A DNA stretch of 20,000 nt from Desulfonatronovibrionaceae bacterium (GTDB lineage: Bacteria; Desulfobacterota; Desulfovibrionia; Desulfovibrionales; Desulfonatronovibrionaceae): contig JBKHGE010000008.1 in assembly GCA_046539845.1 (NCBI GenBank), positions 50,459 through 70,458 of the forward strand. The letters run 5' to 3'. Positions 1-10,172 of this stretch are shown in pieces; positions within the stretch are counted from its first letter, which is position 1; the number at the start of each line of letters is the position of its first letter. Under the pieces are notes generated by a model. The model did not search any database and was not told where the DNA came from. It saw only the letters and a program-made list of their open reading frames with translations. The translations under genes were made by a program, and so were the position numbers.

Positions 1-430
1 CCTGGGGGCCCTGGGCGAGAGACAACCCGGGATTTACGGTAGTCTGGGGATGGATGCGCTCCCGGGACTGGCCCGCAAAAACATCCCGGATTTTGACTCC
101 CGGGCCGAGTTGCATTTTTTTCAGGCCAACGGGGAAGGCCAGCTCATAGACAGGCTGGAAGAGGCTCGGAAGCAGGGCCAGAACGGACTGGTGATCAATC
201 CCGGGGCTTACACCCACACCAGTTTGGCCCTGGCCGATTGTCTGGCCTGGATCAATATCCCGTATGTGGAAGTGCATTTAAGTAATGTCCAGGCCCGGGA
301 CAGGATAAGGCGCGAAAGCCTTGTCGCGGCTAGCGCCCTGGGCACGGTTGCCGGATTCGGACTTATGAGTTATGTGCTCGGCCTTCAGGCCTTACTGGCT
401 CATCTGGAAAAACCGAAAACGGAGGAATAA
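1..430 (+). CDS. aroQ: Type II 3-dehydroquinate dehydratase (5'-truncated by window edge)
   Basis: Frame is open from base 2 ([13 protein letters not shown], matching the NLLGxREPxIYG motif); NPGAYTHTS and EVHLSN motifs; stop overlaps the efp start (TAATG). Confidence 0.93.
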   Translation, partial: LGALGERQPGIYGSLGMDALPGLARKNIPDFDSRAELHFFQANGEGQLIDRLEEARKQGQNGLVINPGAYTHTSLALADCLAWINIPYVEVHLSNVQARDRIRRESLVAASALGTVAGFGLMSYVLGLQALLAHLEKPKTEE

Positions 431-987
431 TGCTGTCCACCACTGATTTCAGGCGCGGGCTGAAGATAGAAATGGATGACAATCCATACGAGATAGTGGA
501 TTTTTTGCATGTAAAACCAGGCAAGGGCGGGGCGTTTGTCCGGTCCAAGCTGAAAAATATGCTTACCGGTTCTGTTACAGATCACACCTTCCGCTCCGGG
601 GAAAAAATGAAAAAACCGGACCTGGAAACCAGGACCATGCAGTATCTGTATCACGATGGAAACAATCATGTGTTTATGGATATGACCAGCTACGAACAGT
701 TGGAAGTGCCCGAGGAAACCCTGGGTGACAAGGGCGGGTTTTTAAAAGAGGGCCAGGAGCTTAAGGTCCTGGTCTACAACGGGCAGATAATCGATATCGA
801 TCTACCGGCCGGAGTGGTCCTGGAGGTCCGGGATACCGAGCCCGGCATAAAGGGGGATACGGTTTCCGGGGCCTCCAAACCAGCCACGCTGGAAACCGGT
901 CTGGTGATCAACGTGCCTTTGTTTATAGAGGTCGGAGAAAAAATAAAGATCGACACCAGGAACAAAGAATACCTAGGCAGGGGATAG
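430..987 (+). CDS. efp: Elongation factor P
   Basis: [12 protein letters not shown] loop, [16 protein letters not shown] and VPLFI motifs; 185 aa; GGAGG RBS. Confidence 0.98.
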   Translation: MLSTTDFRRGLKIEMDDNPYEIVDFLHVKPGKGGAFVRSKLKNMLTGSVTDHTFRSGEKMKKPDLETRTMQYLYHDGNNHVFMDMTSYEQLEVPEETLGDKGGFLKEGQELKVLVYNGQIIDIDLPAGVVLEVRDTEPGIKGDTVSGASKPATLETGLVINVPLFIEVGEKIKIDTRNKEYLGRG

Positions 988-1004
988 CCGGGGAGCCAAG
1001 CCCG

Positions 1005-1039
1005 AAAAAGGCCATGAAGGCGGACTTCATGGCCTTTTT
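1005..1039 (+). terminator. Intrinsic terminator after efp, possibly bidirectional
   Basis: Perfect inverted repeat AAAAAGGCCATGAAG-GCGGA-CTTCATGGCCTTTTT, 17 nt after the efp stop. Confidence 0.8.
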
Positions 1040-1126
1040 AGCTTGTTTTGTCTTTCCCTTGTCCCCGGCCGGAGACATGCCCGCAAACCGGCGCGGCAAG
1101 CACAAACCAAGGAGCAAACGGCGTTT

Positions 1127-2770
1127 ATGAAGACCAAATTTATTTTTGTCACGGGGGGCGTGCTCTCCTCCCTGGGTAAAGGATTGGCTTCCGCTTCCCT
1201 GGGGGCGCTCCTCAAGGCGCGGGGACTGAAAGTGACCATCCAGAAGCTCGATCCGTATATCAATGTGGATCCCGGGACCATGAATCCCTTCCAGCACGGT
1301 GAGGTGTACGTAACCGACGACGGGGCCGAGACTGATCTGGATCTGGGACATTATGAGCGCTACCTGGGCCAGTCACTCAGCCAGAATAACAACTTTACCT
1401 CCGGGAGCATATACAATGCGGTCATCGGCAAGGAGCGCCGGGGGGACTATCTGGGCGGGACCGTACAGGTTATCCCTCATGTGACCGATGAAATCAAAGA
1501 TTGCGTGCGCAACGTGGTTCAGGACGAGGAGGACGTGGCCATCATCGAGATCGGGGGTACGGTTGGGGACATCGAAGGCCTGCCTTTTCTGGAGGCTATC
1601 CGTCAACTGCGTTCGGATATGGGCAAGGAGAACGTGCTGTATATCCATCTGACCCTGCTCCCGTATATGCGGGCGGCCGGGGAGCTTAAGACCAAGCCCA
1701 CTCAGCACAGTGTAAAGGAGCTGAGGAGTATCGGCATCCAGCCGGATATAATCCTCTGTCGATCGGAGGTGGATGTAAGCGAAGACATCAAGGGCAAAAT
1801 CGCGCTTTTTTGCAATGTGGACAAGGACGCGGTGTTCACGGCCAGGGACGTGGACAATATATACGAACTGCCGCTTGCCTTTTACGAGGAGGGGTTGGAT
1901 CAGAAAGTGGCTATCTTGCTCAAGCTACCGGCCAAGAATCCCTATCTCAAGGACTGGCACAACCTGGTCCGCCGCGTCCGCAATCCTCGGGGTGCCGCCC
2001 GGATAGCCATTGTCGGCAAGTATGTTGATCTGCGTGAATCCTACAAGAGTTTGCATGAGGCCCTTGTCCACGGCGGCCTGGAGTACGAGTTAGGAGTTGA
2101 CTTTACCTATGTGAACTCCGAGGATGTGGACGAGAACAACGTGGCCGCGATGCTTTCCGGAGCGGACGGGGTGCTTGTCCCCGGTGGATTCGGCTCTCGG
2201 GGGGTGGAGGGCAAGATTTTGGCCATAAAATATGCCCGGGAGAACAAGATCCCGTTTTTCGGGATCTGTCTGGGCATGCAGTGTGCAGTGATAGAATTCG
2301 CCCGCAATGTACTGGGGCTTCCCGGGGCCAATTCCGGAGAGTTTGATCCCAAGACTGAGTACCCGGTCATCTACCTGATGAAGGAATGGTTTGATTTCCG
2401 TACTCAGACCGTGCAGAAGAGATGCGAGGAGAGCGAAAAGGGCGGCACCATGCGCCTGGGTGCCTACCCCTGCGTGCTGCGCAAGGGCACGATGGCCTAT
2501 GCAGCCTACGGGCAAGAGGAGCTCATGGAGCGGCACAGGCACAGATATGAATTCAATAACAAGTTTGCCCAGGATTTGGAAAAGGCGGGGATGGTAGTGA
2601 GCGGGACTTCTCCGGACGGAACCCTGGTAGAGATAGTGGAGTGTTCGGATCATCCTTGGTTTGTGGGCTGCCAATTCCATCCCGAGTTCAGATCCAGGCC
2701 GATGTGTCCGCATCCGCTGTTTTCCGAATTCGTAAACGCGGCCATGAAATACCGGGAAGAGCAGAAGTGA
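1127..2770 (+). CDS. pyrG: CTP synthase
   Basis: [37 protein letters not shown] and FHPEF motifs. Start moved from 1043 to ATG 1127 (AAGGAG upstream); 547 aa. Confidence 0.98.
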   Translation: MKTKFIFVTGGVLSSLGKGLASASLGALLKARGLKVTIQKLDPYINVDPGTMNPFQHGEVYVTDDGAETDLDLGHYERYLGQSLSQNNNFTSGSIYNAVIGKERRGDYLGGTVQVIPHVTDEIKDCVRNVVQDEEDVAIIEIGGTVGDIEGLPFLEAIRQLRSDMGKENVLYIHLTLLPYMRAAGELKTKPTQHSVKELRSIGIQPDIILCRSEVDVSEDIKGKIALFCNVDKDAVFTARDVDNIYELPLAFYEEGLDQKVAILLKLPAKNPYLKDWHNLVRRVRNPRGAARIAIVGKYVDLRESYKSLHEALVHGGLEYELGVDFTYVNSEDVDENNVAAMLSGADGVLVPGGFGSRGVEGKILAIKYARENKIPFFGICLGMQCAVIEFARNVLGLPGANSGEFDPKTEYPVIYLMKEWFDFRTQTVQKRCEESEKGGTMRLGAYPCVLRKGTMAYAAYGQEELMERHRHRYEFNNKFAQDLEKAGMVVSGTSPDGTLVEIVECSDHPWFVGCQFHPEFRSRPMCPHPLFSEFVNAAMKYREEQK

Positions 2771-3576
2771 ATCAAATTTTTGAGCGCAGCCTCAAGGACT
2801 TGTTCTTTATCGCCGGGCCCTGCGTTTTGGAGAGCAGGGAAACTGCTTTGCGCGCGGCTGATGAGCTGGCCAGGATCGCAGTCGAGCTGGATCTTTTTTT
2901 GGTATTCAAGAGTTCCTTTGACAAGGCCAACCGCACCTCGGTGGACAGCTTTCGGGGACCGGGGCTGGAAGCCGGGCTGAAATGGCTTTTGGAGGTCAAG
3001 GAGCGCTTTCAGCTGCCGGTTATTACCGATGTGCATCATCCGCGGCAGGCTGCAGCAGCGGCCGAGGTCGCCGATGTTTTGCAGATACCGGCCTTTTTAT
3101 GCCGTCAGACCGACCTTTTGCTGGCTGCGGCAAAAACCGGCCGGGTGGTGAATGTAAAAAAGGGACAGTTTCTTGCCCCGTGGGACATGGAACAAGTGGC
3201 CCGCAAATTGTCCACATCCGGAAACAACGATATCTGGCTCACTGAACGGGGCACTGCTTTTGGATACAACAACCTGGTGGTGGATTTCCGCTCCATCAAG
3301 ATCATGCACGATCTGGGCTATCCCGTGGTTTTCGACGCCACCCACTCCGTGCAGTTGCCCGGGGGCAGGGGACTGTCCTCCGGCGGGAATCGGGAGTACG
3401 TTCCGCTTCTGGCCCGAAGCGCAGTGGCGGCCGGCTGCCAGGGAGTGTTTATGGAGGTCCATCCGGATCCGGATAAAGCATTGTGCGACGGCCCCAATTC
3501 CTGGCCCCTGTCCGGGGCCCGGGAGCTCATGATTTCCCTTATGCGCATAAGGCGGGCTGTTTATGAAGGCGAGTGA
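2767..3576 (+). CDS. kdsA: 3-deoxy-8-phosphooctulonate (KDO8P) synthase
   Basis: [35 protein letters not shown] and DATHSVQ motifs. Start placed at GTG 2767, overlapping the pyrG stop (GTGA). Confidence 0.96.
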   Translation: MNQIFERSLKDLFFIAGPCVLESRETALRAADELARIAVELDLFLVFKSSFDKANRTSVDSFRGPGLEAGLKWLLEVKERFQLPVITDVHHPRQAAAAAEVADVLQIPAFLCRQTDLLLAAAKTGRVVNVKKGQFLAPWDMEQVARKLSTSGNNDIWLTERGTAFGYNNLVVDFRSIKIMHDLGYPVVFDATHSVQLPGGRGLSSGGNREYVPLLARSAVAAGCQGVFMEVHPDPDKALCDGPNSWPLSGARELMISLMRIRRAVYEGE

Positions 3577-4090
3577 ACGGGCGGAGAAAATTGAACTTTT
3601 TGTCCTGGATGTAGACGGGGTGCTCACTGACGGCGGGCTTTACTATGATTCCCGCGGCCGGGTGGCCAAGAGATTTGATGTCCAGGACGGGTTGGGGATC
3701 AAGCTGGCCCAGGCGGCCGGGATACACGTGGCCGCGATAAGCGGACTGGATTCCAGTGCCGTGGAATCCAGGGTCCAGGAATTGGGAATCAGGGAGTATC
3801 ACGCCGGGCACCGGGAAAAAGTGCCCCTTTTAAAGGATATTTGCTTTCGACTGGGCGTGGCTCTGGAAAATACGGCCTATATCGGTGACGACTGGGTGGA
3901 TGCCGGACCCATGCTAGCGGTGGGCCTGCCCATGGCCGTGGCCAACGCCAGACCGGAGATAAAAGGGATCTCCTGGTGGGTGTCCGCAAGCAGCGGCGGC
4001 TGCGGGGCGGTGCGCGAGGCGGTCATGTTCCTTCTCGAGTGTCAGGGTAAGACAGAAGGGCTGTGGAGGCAATGGGCCGGGAATGATTAA
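3563..4090 (+). CDS. kdsC: KDO 8-phosphate phosphatase (HAD family)
   Basis: LDVDGVLTDG HAD motif I, FDVQDGLGI, YIGDDWVD and GGCGAVRE; adjacent to kdsA. Confidence 0.94.
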   Translation: MKASERAEKIELFVLDVDGVLTDGGLYYDSRGRVAKRFDVQDGLGIKLAQAAGIHVAAISGLDSSAVESRVQELGIREYHAGHREKVPLLKDICFRLGVALENTAYIGDDWVDAGPMLAVGLPMAVANARPEIKGISWWVSASSGGCGAVREAVMFLLECQGKTEGLWRQWAGND

Positions 4091-4622
4091 AAAGGCCCTG
4101 CCCCTGCTGGGTATAGCTCTTTTGGCCGCCGTGATTGTCTGGGTATGGCTGAAGCGCGATGGCCCGGATGTCGATCCGGCCGGGGTTGAAGATATAAGCG
4201 CGGACCTGAGCCTGGAGGGAATCGAGCTCACCCAGGGCCGGGAGGGGCAGACCCTGTGGGAGCTACAGGCGGACAACGGTACTTATCGCAAGGATTCGCA
4301 GCTCATTCGGCTCCGGGAGCCGAAAATAACCTACTATAGAGAGGGCCGGGAGGAACCGGTCCTGGTTTCCGGCCCCCACGGCCGAGTTAACCAGGCCCGG
4401 GACAAGGCGGTAATATTTTCCGGGGTCGAGATGGAGCTCGGCGAGGATCTGGTGGTGATTGCAGATAATGCCACATATACCGGGGACAACAGGAAACTAG
4501 TTCTTCTGGGCAGGGTGCGGGCGACCAAAAAGACTTCCGAGCTTAACGCCAGCCGCATGATCTATTATCTGGACCAGGAGGTTTTGAAGGCCTTCGGCGG
4601 TGTCCGGGCCCGGATAGAGTGA
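4083..4622 (+). CDS. lptC: LPS export ABC transporter periplasmic protein LptC
   Basis: Single N-terminal TM helix followed by a beta-rich domain (WELQAD); position kdsC-lptC-lptA-lptB. Confidence 0.82.
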   Translation: MIKKALPLLGIALLAAVIVWVWLKRDGPDVDPAGVEDISADLSLEGIELTQGREGQTLWELQADNGTYRKDSQLIRLREPKITYYREGREEPVLVSGPHGRVNQARDKAVIFSGVEMELGEDLVVIADNATYTGDNRKLVLLGRVRATKKTSELNASRMIYYLDQEVLKAFGGVRARIE

Positions 4623-4689
4623 AAACCGTTGCCTGCGGGAGCGGCTGTGGAAAAAACACCGGCTGCGGTCGGGAGACAGGATTTCGGGA

Positions 4690-5220
4690 ATGAAGATATT
4701 CAGACTGGGTGCGCTTGTTGTTTTGTTGTTGACTCTCTGTGCTGCGGTGCAGGCTGAACAGGACAGAGTGCCCACCCGCATCACCTCCGAAGACATGACC
4801 TATTCCGGAAAGGCCCGGGAGGTTGTGTTTGAAAAGGATGTGCATGCGGTGCGGCGCGATTTTGAACTGTGGTCGGACCGGCTGATCGTGCATTTATCCG
4901 AGGCCCCGCAGGGAAACGGGACCGGCGAGGGAAGACTGCCCGGCGGTGAAGACGCCGAGGTGGAGCGGATCGTGGCCCTGGACAACGTCCGCGTCAAGAG
5001 CGGTGAACGCAGGGGCAACTGCACCAAGCTGGTTTATGAGACAGCGACTGAGATAATCACCATGACCGGAGACCCGGTGCTCATCCAGAAAGAGAACACG
5101 ATCAGCGGGGACAAAATTGTCATAAATGTGCGCGAGGATACTTCCGAAGTGTTCAGCGGGGGAGAGAAACGCGTGCAGGCGGTCTTTTATTCCGACCCGG
5201 ACGAAGAGGTTGACAGATAA
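4690..5220 (+). CDS. lptA: LPS transport periplasmic protein LptA/OstA family
   Basis: Signal peptide (AVQA); PTRITSEDMTY and MTGDPVLIQKENTISGDKI beta-jellyroll pattern; synteny. Confidence 0.88.
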   Translation: MKIFRLGALVVLLLTLCAAVQAEQDRVPTRITSEDMTYSGKAREVVFEKDVHAVRRDFELWSDRLIVHLSEAPQGNGTGEGRLPGGEDAEVERIVALDNVRVKSGERRGNCTKLVYETATEIITMTGDPVLIQKENTISGDKIVINVREDTSEVFSGGEKRVQAVFYSDPDEEVDR

Positions 5221-5951
5221 TGACCGCGTTGAGTGTGCTCAGTTCCAAGGACCTGTACAAGCGCTACGGGATGAAGGAGGTGGTCCGCGGGATTTCTCTG
5301 GAGGTTTTGCAGGGGGAAATCGTGGGCCTGCTCGGGCCGAACGGGGCCGGAAAAACAACCACTTTCTACATGCTGGTGGGGATTATAAGGCCCAGCCAGG
5401 GAAGAGTGTTTGTGGATTCCCGGGAGACCACCCGGCTTTCTTTGCCCAAAAGGGCCGGACTCGGGCTGAGTTATCTGCCCCAGGAGAGTTCGGTCTTTAA
5501 AAAGCTCTCTGTGCAGGACAACCTGCTTTTGATCTTGGAATACACGGAGAAATCGCCCCGGGTGCGGAAGGAAAAGGCCCGGGAGCTCATGCACACCCTG
5601 GGTATAGAAAAACTGGCCGACCAGAAGGCCTCGTTTCTCTCCGGAGGGGAACGCCGGCGTCTGGAGATCGCCAGGGCGCTTATCAAGGACCCCAGATTCA
5701 TCCTGTTGGACGAGCCTTTTGCTGGCATAGACCCCATTGCAGTGGACGAGATCCAGAAGGTAATCCAGCAACTAAAGGACAGAAATATAGGCGTGTTGAT
5801 TTCCGACCACAACGTCCGGGAGACCCTGAAGATCTGCGACCGGGCCTATCTGGTGAGCGAGGGGCGAGTCATACTGAATGGCCCCCCGGAGGCGATCACT
5901 CAGGATCCCCATGCCCGCAGGATATATCTGGGGGAATCCTTTTCCCTGTAG
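5220..5951 (+). CDS. lptB: LPS export ABC transporter ATP-binding protein
   Basis: Walker A GPNGAGKT, YLPQESSVF, LSGGERRRLEIARAL, LLDEPFAGIDP and DHNVRETL. Confidence 0.97.
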   Translation: MTALSVLSSKDLYKRYGMKEVVRGISLEVLQGEIVGLLGPNGAGKTTTFYMLVGIIRPSQGRVFVDSRETTRLSLPKRAGLGLSYLPQESSVFKKLSVQDNLLLILEYTEKSPRVRKEKARELMHTLGIEKLADQKASFLSGGERRRLEIARALIKDPRFILLDEPFAGIDPIAVDEIQKVIQQLKDRNIGVLISDHNVRETLKICDRAYLVSEGRVILNGPPEAITQDPHARRIYLGESFSL

Positions 5952-6045
5952 ACAGGGCTGTACCTCGCCCCGATTTCAAACGGGTCATCTCCTGAAAAAA
6001 GCGTTTTTTCAGAGTTTGCCGCAGGCCGAGACGCGGCCTGTCGCA

Positions 6046-6074
6046 TTGCCAGATGCTGGTTTCTCAGGTACAGT
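6046..6074 (+). promoter_or_regulatory. Putative sigma70 promoter for rpoN
   Basis: TTGCCA (6046-6051), 17-nt spacer, TACAGT (6069-6074), 37 nt upstream of the rpoN ATG. Confidence 0.45.
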
Positions 6075-6111
6075 GAATACTAAGTAAACAGAAGAATAAA
6101 ACGAAAAGCAC

Positions 6112-7545
6112 ATGGGACTGGAACTCAGACAACAACTGAAATTGAGCCAGCAGCTGGTCATGACCCCCCAGCTGCAGCAGGCCATAAAGCTCTTGCAGCT
6201 CTCCCGCCTCGAACTAAAGGAGGTTGTCCAGACCGAGCTCTTGGAGAACCCCCTTTTGGAAGAGTCTGAGACCGAGGCCGAGGAGACACCGGAAAACGAG
6301 GAGAGTTACGGGGAAGTCCCCTCGGACGAGAGGGATCTGCAAAAGACAGCGGATTGGGAAGATTACCTGGGCGAATTCTCCAGCACCGCCAAGCAGTCCC
6401 AGATGCGGGAATCCGAGATCCCGGAGGAGATGCAGGCCTTTGAGGCCAGGTACTCCAGCAAGCCCTCTCTGGAGGGTCATCTTTTGTGGCAGCTGCACCT
6501 TTCCGATTTCACCCCCCGGGAGGTGAAGATAGGCGAGCTGATAATTGGGCATATCGACGACCGCGGTTATCTGAGTCTCGAGGTCCCGGAGCTGGCTGAG
6601 CTGGCTGAAGAGGAACAAGAAAAGGTACACAAGGTCCTGGAGAGGATCCATTTCTTTGACCCCGTGGGCGTGGGCGCTCGGGATCTTAGGGAGTGCCTCC
6701 TCCTTCAGCTCCGGGCAGCCGACCTGGAGGATCCGGTCCTGCAGAGCCTGGTCAGCGAGCACCTCGAGGATATCGAAAAAAAGAGATTTCAGCCCCTGCT
6801 GAAGAAATTCAAGCTTTCCAAAGAGCAGATGTGGGAATATCTCCTAACCCTGCAGAACCTTGATCCGTATCCGGGATCGGAGTTCGGATCCAGCCAGCCT
6901 GTTTATGTCAGCCCGGATATTTTTGTCTACAGCTATGAGGACGAATTTGTGATCGTTTTGAACGACGACGGCCTGCCCAAACTGCAGCTGAGCCCCTTTT
7001 ACGGAGAGGCACTCCACGCGGCCAAAAATAGGAAGGCCGGGAGCGGCGAGGACGAATATCTCCAGGACAAGATGCGCTCCGCTATGTGGCTGATGAAGAG
7101 CCTGCACCAAAGGCAGCGTACCCTATACAAGGTGGCCGAGAGCCTGGTCCGTTTTCAACGCGATTTCTTCTGGCACGGGGTGAGCCAACTCCGGCCCTTG
7201 ATACTCAAGGACGTGGCCGAGGACATAGAAATGCACGAATCAACGGTCAGCCGCATCACCACAAACAAGTACATGTCCACTCCGCACGGCATATTCGAGC
7301 TCAAGTTTTTCTTTAACAGCGGACTGGGCTCGTCCTCCGGGGGCGGGGATGTAGGCTCGGCCAGCGTCAAGGCCGCGATAAAGGAGATGATCGAAAACGA
7401 GGACAGCAAAAAGCCCCTGAGCGACGAGGTCATTGCCGAGCGCCTGGAAAAGTCCCTGGGCGTGAACATCGCCCGCAGGACCGTGGCCAAATACCGTTCC
7501 GCATTGGGCATTTCATCCTCGTCTAAGAGAAAGGAGTTCTTTTGA
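6112..7545 (+). CDS. rpoN: RNA polymerase sigma-54 factor
   Basis: Region I QLVMTPQLQQAIKLLQL, HTH MHESTVSR and RpoN box ARRTVAKYR. Confidence 0.98.
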   Translation: MGLELRQQLKLSQQLVMTPQLQQAIKLLQLSRLELKEVVQTELLENPLLEESETEAEETPENEESYGEVPSDERDLQKTADWEDYLGEFSSTAKQSQMRESEIPEEMQAFEARYSSKPSLEGHLLWQLHLSDFTPREVKIGELIIGHIDDRGYLSLEVPELAELAEEEQEKVHKVLERIHFFDPVGVGARDLRECLLLQLRAADLEDPVLQSLVSEHLEDIEKKRFQPLLKKFKLSKEQMWEYLLTLQNLDPYPGSEFGSSQPVYVSPDIFVYSYEDEFVIVLNDDGLPKLQLSPFYGEALHAAKNRKAGSGEDEYLQDKMRSAMWLMKSLHQRQRTLYKVAESLVRFQRDFFWHGVSQLRPLILKDVAEDIEMHESTVSRITTNKYMSTPHGIFELKFFFNSGLGSSSGGGDVGSASVKAAIKEMIENEDSKKPLSDEVIAERLEKSLGVNIARRTVAKYRSALGISSSSKRKEFF

Positions 7546-7672
7546 ATCCTTTTTAAGAAAACGGGTTTAAAAACCGCACCGATTGGTGCATTATTTAATG
7601 CAGCTATGCAATGAGGCCGATTTCCGCAGGCGGAAATCCGGAGTTAATATCCACTAAATGAAGGGGGATTCA

Positions 7673-8221
7673 ATGAAAATCAAATTCAATTTCAAGAATT
7701 TCGAACCTTCGAATCACTTAAAGGAATACGCGCGGGAGCGCTTTATGAAGTTGGGCAAATATCTCCCGGACAGCGAGAATGCCGAGCTTCAGATAAATAT
7801 GGAAGTGGAGAAATTCAGGCATATCGCCGACGTAACCCTTACCGGCAAGGACGTACATCTGTCCGCTACCGAGGAGAGCGAGGATATGTACAGCTCGGTG
7901 GATTTGAGCCAGGACAAGCTCGAGGCCCAGCTGCGTAAGGTCCGGGACAAGATCAAGGACAAGCGCAAAAAGGGCAAGGGCAAGTCCGTGCGCATGGACG
8001 TGATCAGCTTCAGCGAGTCCGAAGGCGGGGAGCGGGAGCCGGTGGTGGAAAAGACCGACCACTACGAACCCAAGCCCATGTCCGTGGATGAGGCCGCTAT
8101 GCAGCTCGACGCCCTGAATTACGAGTTTCTGGTCTTCATCAACGCCGAGGTCGGGGAACGGGTAAACGTCATATACAGGAGAAAAAACGGGGATTTCGGT
8201 TTGATTGATCCCGGGATATAA
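7673..8221 (+). CDS. hpf: Ribosome hibernation promoting factor, long form (HPF/RaiA)
   Basis: S30AE N-domain (EDMYSSVD...KLEAQLRK) plus C-domain KPMSVDEAAMQL...VIYRRKNGDFGLI. Start ATG 7673 follows AAGGGGG. Confidence 0.93.
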   Translation: MKIKFNFKNFEPSNHLKEYARERFMKLGKYLPDSENAELQINMEVEKFRHIADVTLTGKDVHLSATEESEDMYSSVDLSQDKLEAQLRKVRDKIKDKRKKGKGKSVRMDVISFSESEGGEREPVVEKTDHYEPKPMSVDEAAMQLDALNYEFLVFINAEVGERVNVIYRRKNGDFGLIDPGI

Positions 8222-8227
8222 ACGCAG

Positions 8228-8674
8228 ATGAAACTGGCAAGTTATATAGATGACGATCTGGTGCTCCCGGACCTTTCAGCCGGGACCAAGGAAGGGGTCC
8301 TGGCTGAACTGGTCCGGCCTCTGGCGGAAAAATTGAACAGGGACGGGAAAACCCTGTACGACATCCTTGTCAATCGGGAGAATCTGGGGACCACCGGGAT
8401 AGGCGAAGGCGTAGCCATTCCCCATGGCAAGGCGGATTTCCTGGACGAGCTGTATTTGGTGGTGGGCCGGAGCAGAAACGGTGTGGATTTTGCCGCACTG
8501 GACCACAAACCTGTGTATATCATCTTTCTGCTTCTGGCCCCGGAAAAGAGTGCGGGCAAGCATTTGAAGCTTTTGGCCTTTATCTCCAAGCTGCTTCTGG
8601 ATCAGGAATTCAGACGCGGGTTCATGGATGCCGCCGGCAGACAGGAGCTGGCGGGATACTTAAAATCGGTGTAG
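8228..8674 (+). CDS. ptsN: PTS EIIA, nitrogen-regulatory/fructose type
   Basis: RENLGTTGIGEGVAIPHG phospho-His motif; position in the rpoN operon. Confidence 0.9.
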   Translation: MKLASYIDDDLVLPDLSAGTKEGVLAELVRPLAEKLNRDGKTLYDILVNRENLGTTGIGEGVAIPHGKADFLDELYLVVGRSRNGVDFAALDHKPVYIIFLLLAPEKSAGKHLKLLAFISKLLLDQEFRRGFMDAAGRQELAGYLKSV

Positions 8675-8811
8675 CAGTCGGCTGAAAAATATCCTTGACC
8701 GGTTGGGTGGCAGAAGTTCAAGTATTTATTTCCGGACCACGCGCTTTGGCCTTGAACTCTTTTGCCCGGCTGCGGGACAAGATGTTTTCAACACTCAGTC
8801 AGGGAAGACGA

Positions 8812-9705
8812 ATGCACAGGGATCTGGACGGTGAGGAATTCCCCGTGGTGGTTGTTTCCGGGCTCTCCGGGGCAGGCAAGAGCACGGCTATAAATGTGTT
8901 CGAGGACATGGGGTTTTATTGTCTGGACGGTTTGCCGCTCGGATTCCTGCCCGATGTGGTCCGCGAGCTTGTGACCGCCGGGTCCGGGCATTACCGGGGT
9001 CTGGCCGTGGGTCTGGATCTGCGCCAAAAGGGATTTGAACAGCAGTGGGCAGATGTCCGGGACCGTCTTCAGCTCCCGGGCGGCAGGCTGCACGTGGTCT
9101 TTCTGGAGGCCGAGCTGAGGGAGCTCGTCCACCGCTATGCCCAGACCAGGCGCCCTCATCCCTTGGAATCCGGAAAGCTGGGCCTTGAGCAGGCACTGGT
9201 CCGGGAAAAAGAGCGTTTAGCCGCTGTTCGGGATGAGGCGGACTTGGTCCTGGATACCACTTCCTTTTCCATCCATGATCTGCGCCGCAAGCTGCAGGCC
9301 AAGTGGGAGGCGGTCGGTTTGCCTGATTCCGGCATGCGTCTGCATCTGATTTCCTTCGGGTTCAAGCACGGTGTGCCGCTGGAGGCGGATATGGTTTTGG
9401 ACTTGCGTTTTTTGCCCAATCCCTTTTTCGAGTCTGAATTGCGCTTGCTCACAGGCGAGGACGAAAAAGTGCGTGCATATATCCTGGATCGGGAACCGGG
9501 CAGGACCTTTATCAGCAACTTGCGGCAGTTTTTGGAGTTTTTGATTCCCCTGTATGCCGAGGAAGGCAGATACCGCCTTACCCTGGCCCTGGGCTGTACG
9601 GGTGGTATGCATCGTTCCGTAGCGGTTTCCGGGATTGTGGCCGGGTTTCTGCGTGACCAGGGCTATGCCCTGTCTCTGGAACATCGGCATATGCACCTGG
9701 GATGA
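8812..9705 (+). CDS. rapZ: RapZ/YvcJ-family P-loop NTPase (RNase adapter)
   Basis: SGLSGAGKS, TRRPHPL, SFGFKHGVP, DLRFLPNPF and GCTGGMHRSV. Start at ATG 8812 is inferred. Confidence 0.93.
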   Translation: MHRDLDGEEFPVVVVSGLSGAGKSTAINVFEDMGFYCLDGLPLGFLPDVVRELVTAGSGHYRGLAVGLDLRQKGFEQQWADVRDRLQLPGGRLHVVFLEAELRELVHRYAQTRRPHPLESGKLGLEQALVREKERLAAVRDEADLVLDTTSFSIHDLRRKLQAKWEAVGLPDSGMRLHLISFGFKHGVPLEADMVLDLRFLPNPFFESELRLLTGEDEKVRAYILDREPGRTFISNLRQFLEFLIPLYAEEGRYRLTLALGCTGGMHRSVAVSGIVAGFLRDQGYALSLEHRHMHLG

Positions 9706-9728
9706 TCCGGAAAAGAATCGGAGGTGAG

Positions 9729-10172
9729 ATGACCGAAATAGTTCTGGTAACCCACGGCAACTTTGGACAAAGCCTTTTGGACACCGCCCGGACCATAGTC
9801 GGCGAGGAGGCCGAGGCCCGGGTGATTGGGGTGGACGTGTCCCGGCCAATGGACGATATCCTGGAGGAACTGCGCAAGGCCGTGGACAGCACCGATTCCA
9901 GCCACGGTGTTTTGGTCCTCACGGATATGTTTGGAGGCACCCCGACCAATATCAGCCTGTCGCTTCTGGGCAGCGGTAAGCTAGAAGTGGTCACCGGAGT
10001 CAATTTGCCCATGGTCATTAAGGCCCTGACCGCCAGAAACGAATTGTTCGAGGACCTGGCCGCCGAGGTCAAGTCCGCAGGGAAACAAGGTATTCTAGTG
10101 GCCGGGGAGGTTTTGAAAAGGCCGGTTAAAGGCAAGGGAAAAGAAGCGGACCATGATGTGGGTCAGGATTGA
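9729..10172 (+). CDS. PTS mannose/fructose-class EIIA component
   Basis: IVLVTHG phospho-His, LTDMFGGTPTN and VVTGVNLPM. Start ATG 9729 follows GGAGGT. Confidence 0.92.
   Translation: MTEIVLVTHGNFGQSLLDTARTIVGEEAEARVIGVDVSRPMDDILEELRKAVDSTDSSHGVLVLTDMFGGTPTNISLSLLGSGKLEVVTGVNLPMVIKALTARNELFEDLAAEVKSAGKQGILVAGEVLKRPVKGKGKEADHDVGQD

Noticed and set aside
7583..7602. Possible sigma54 -24/-12 promoter upstream of hpf (TTGGTGCA...AATGC)
   Set aside because: The GG-to-GC spacing is not the required 10 nt.
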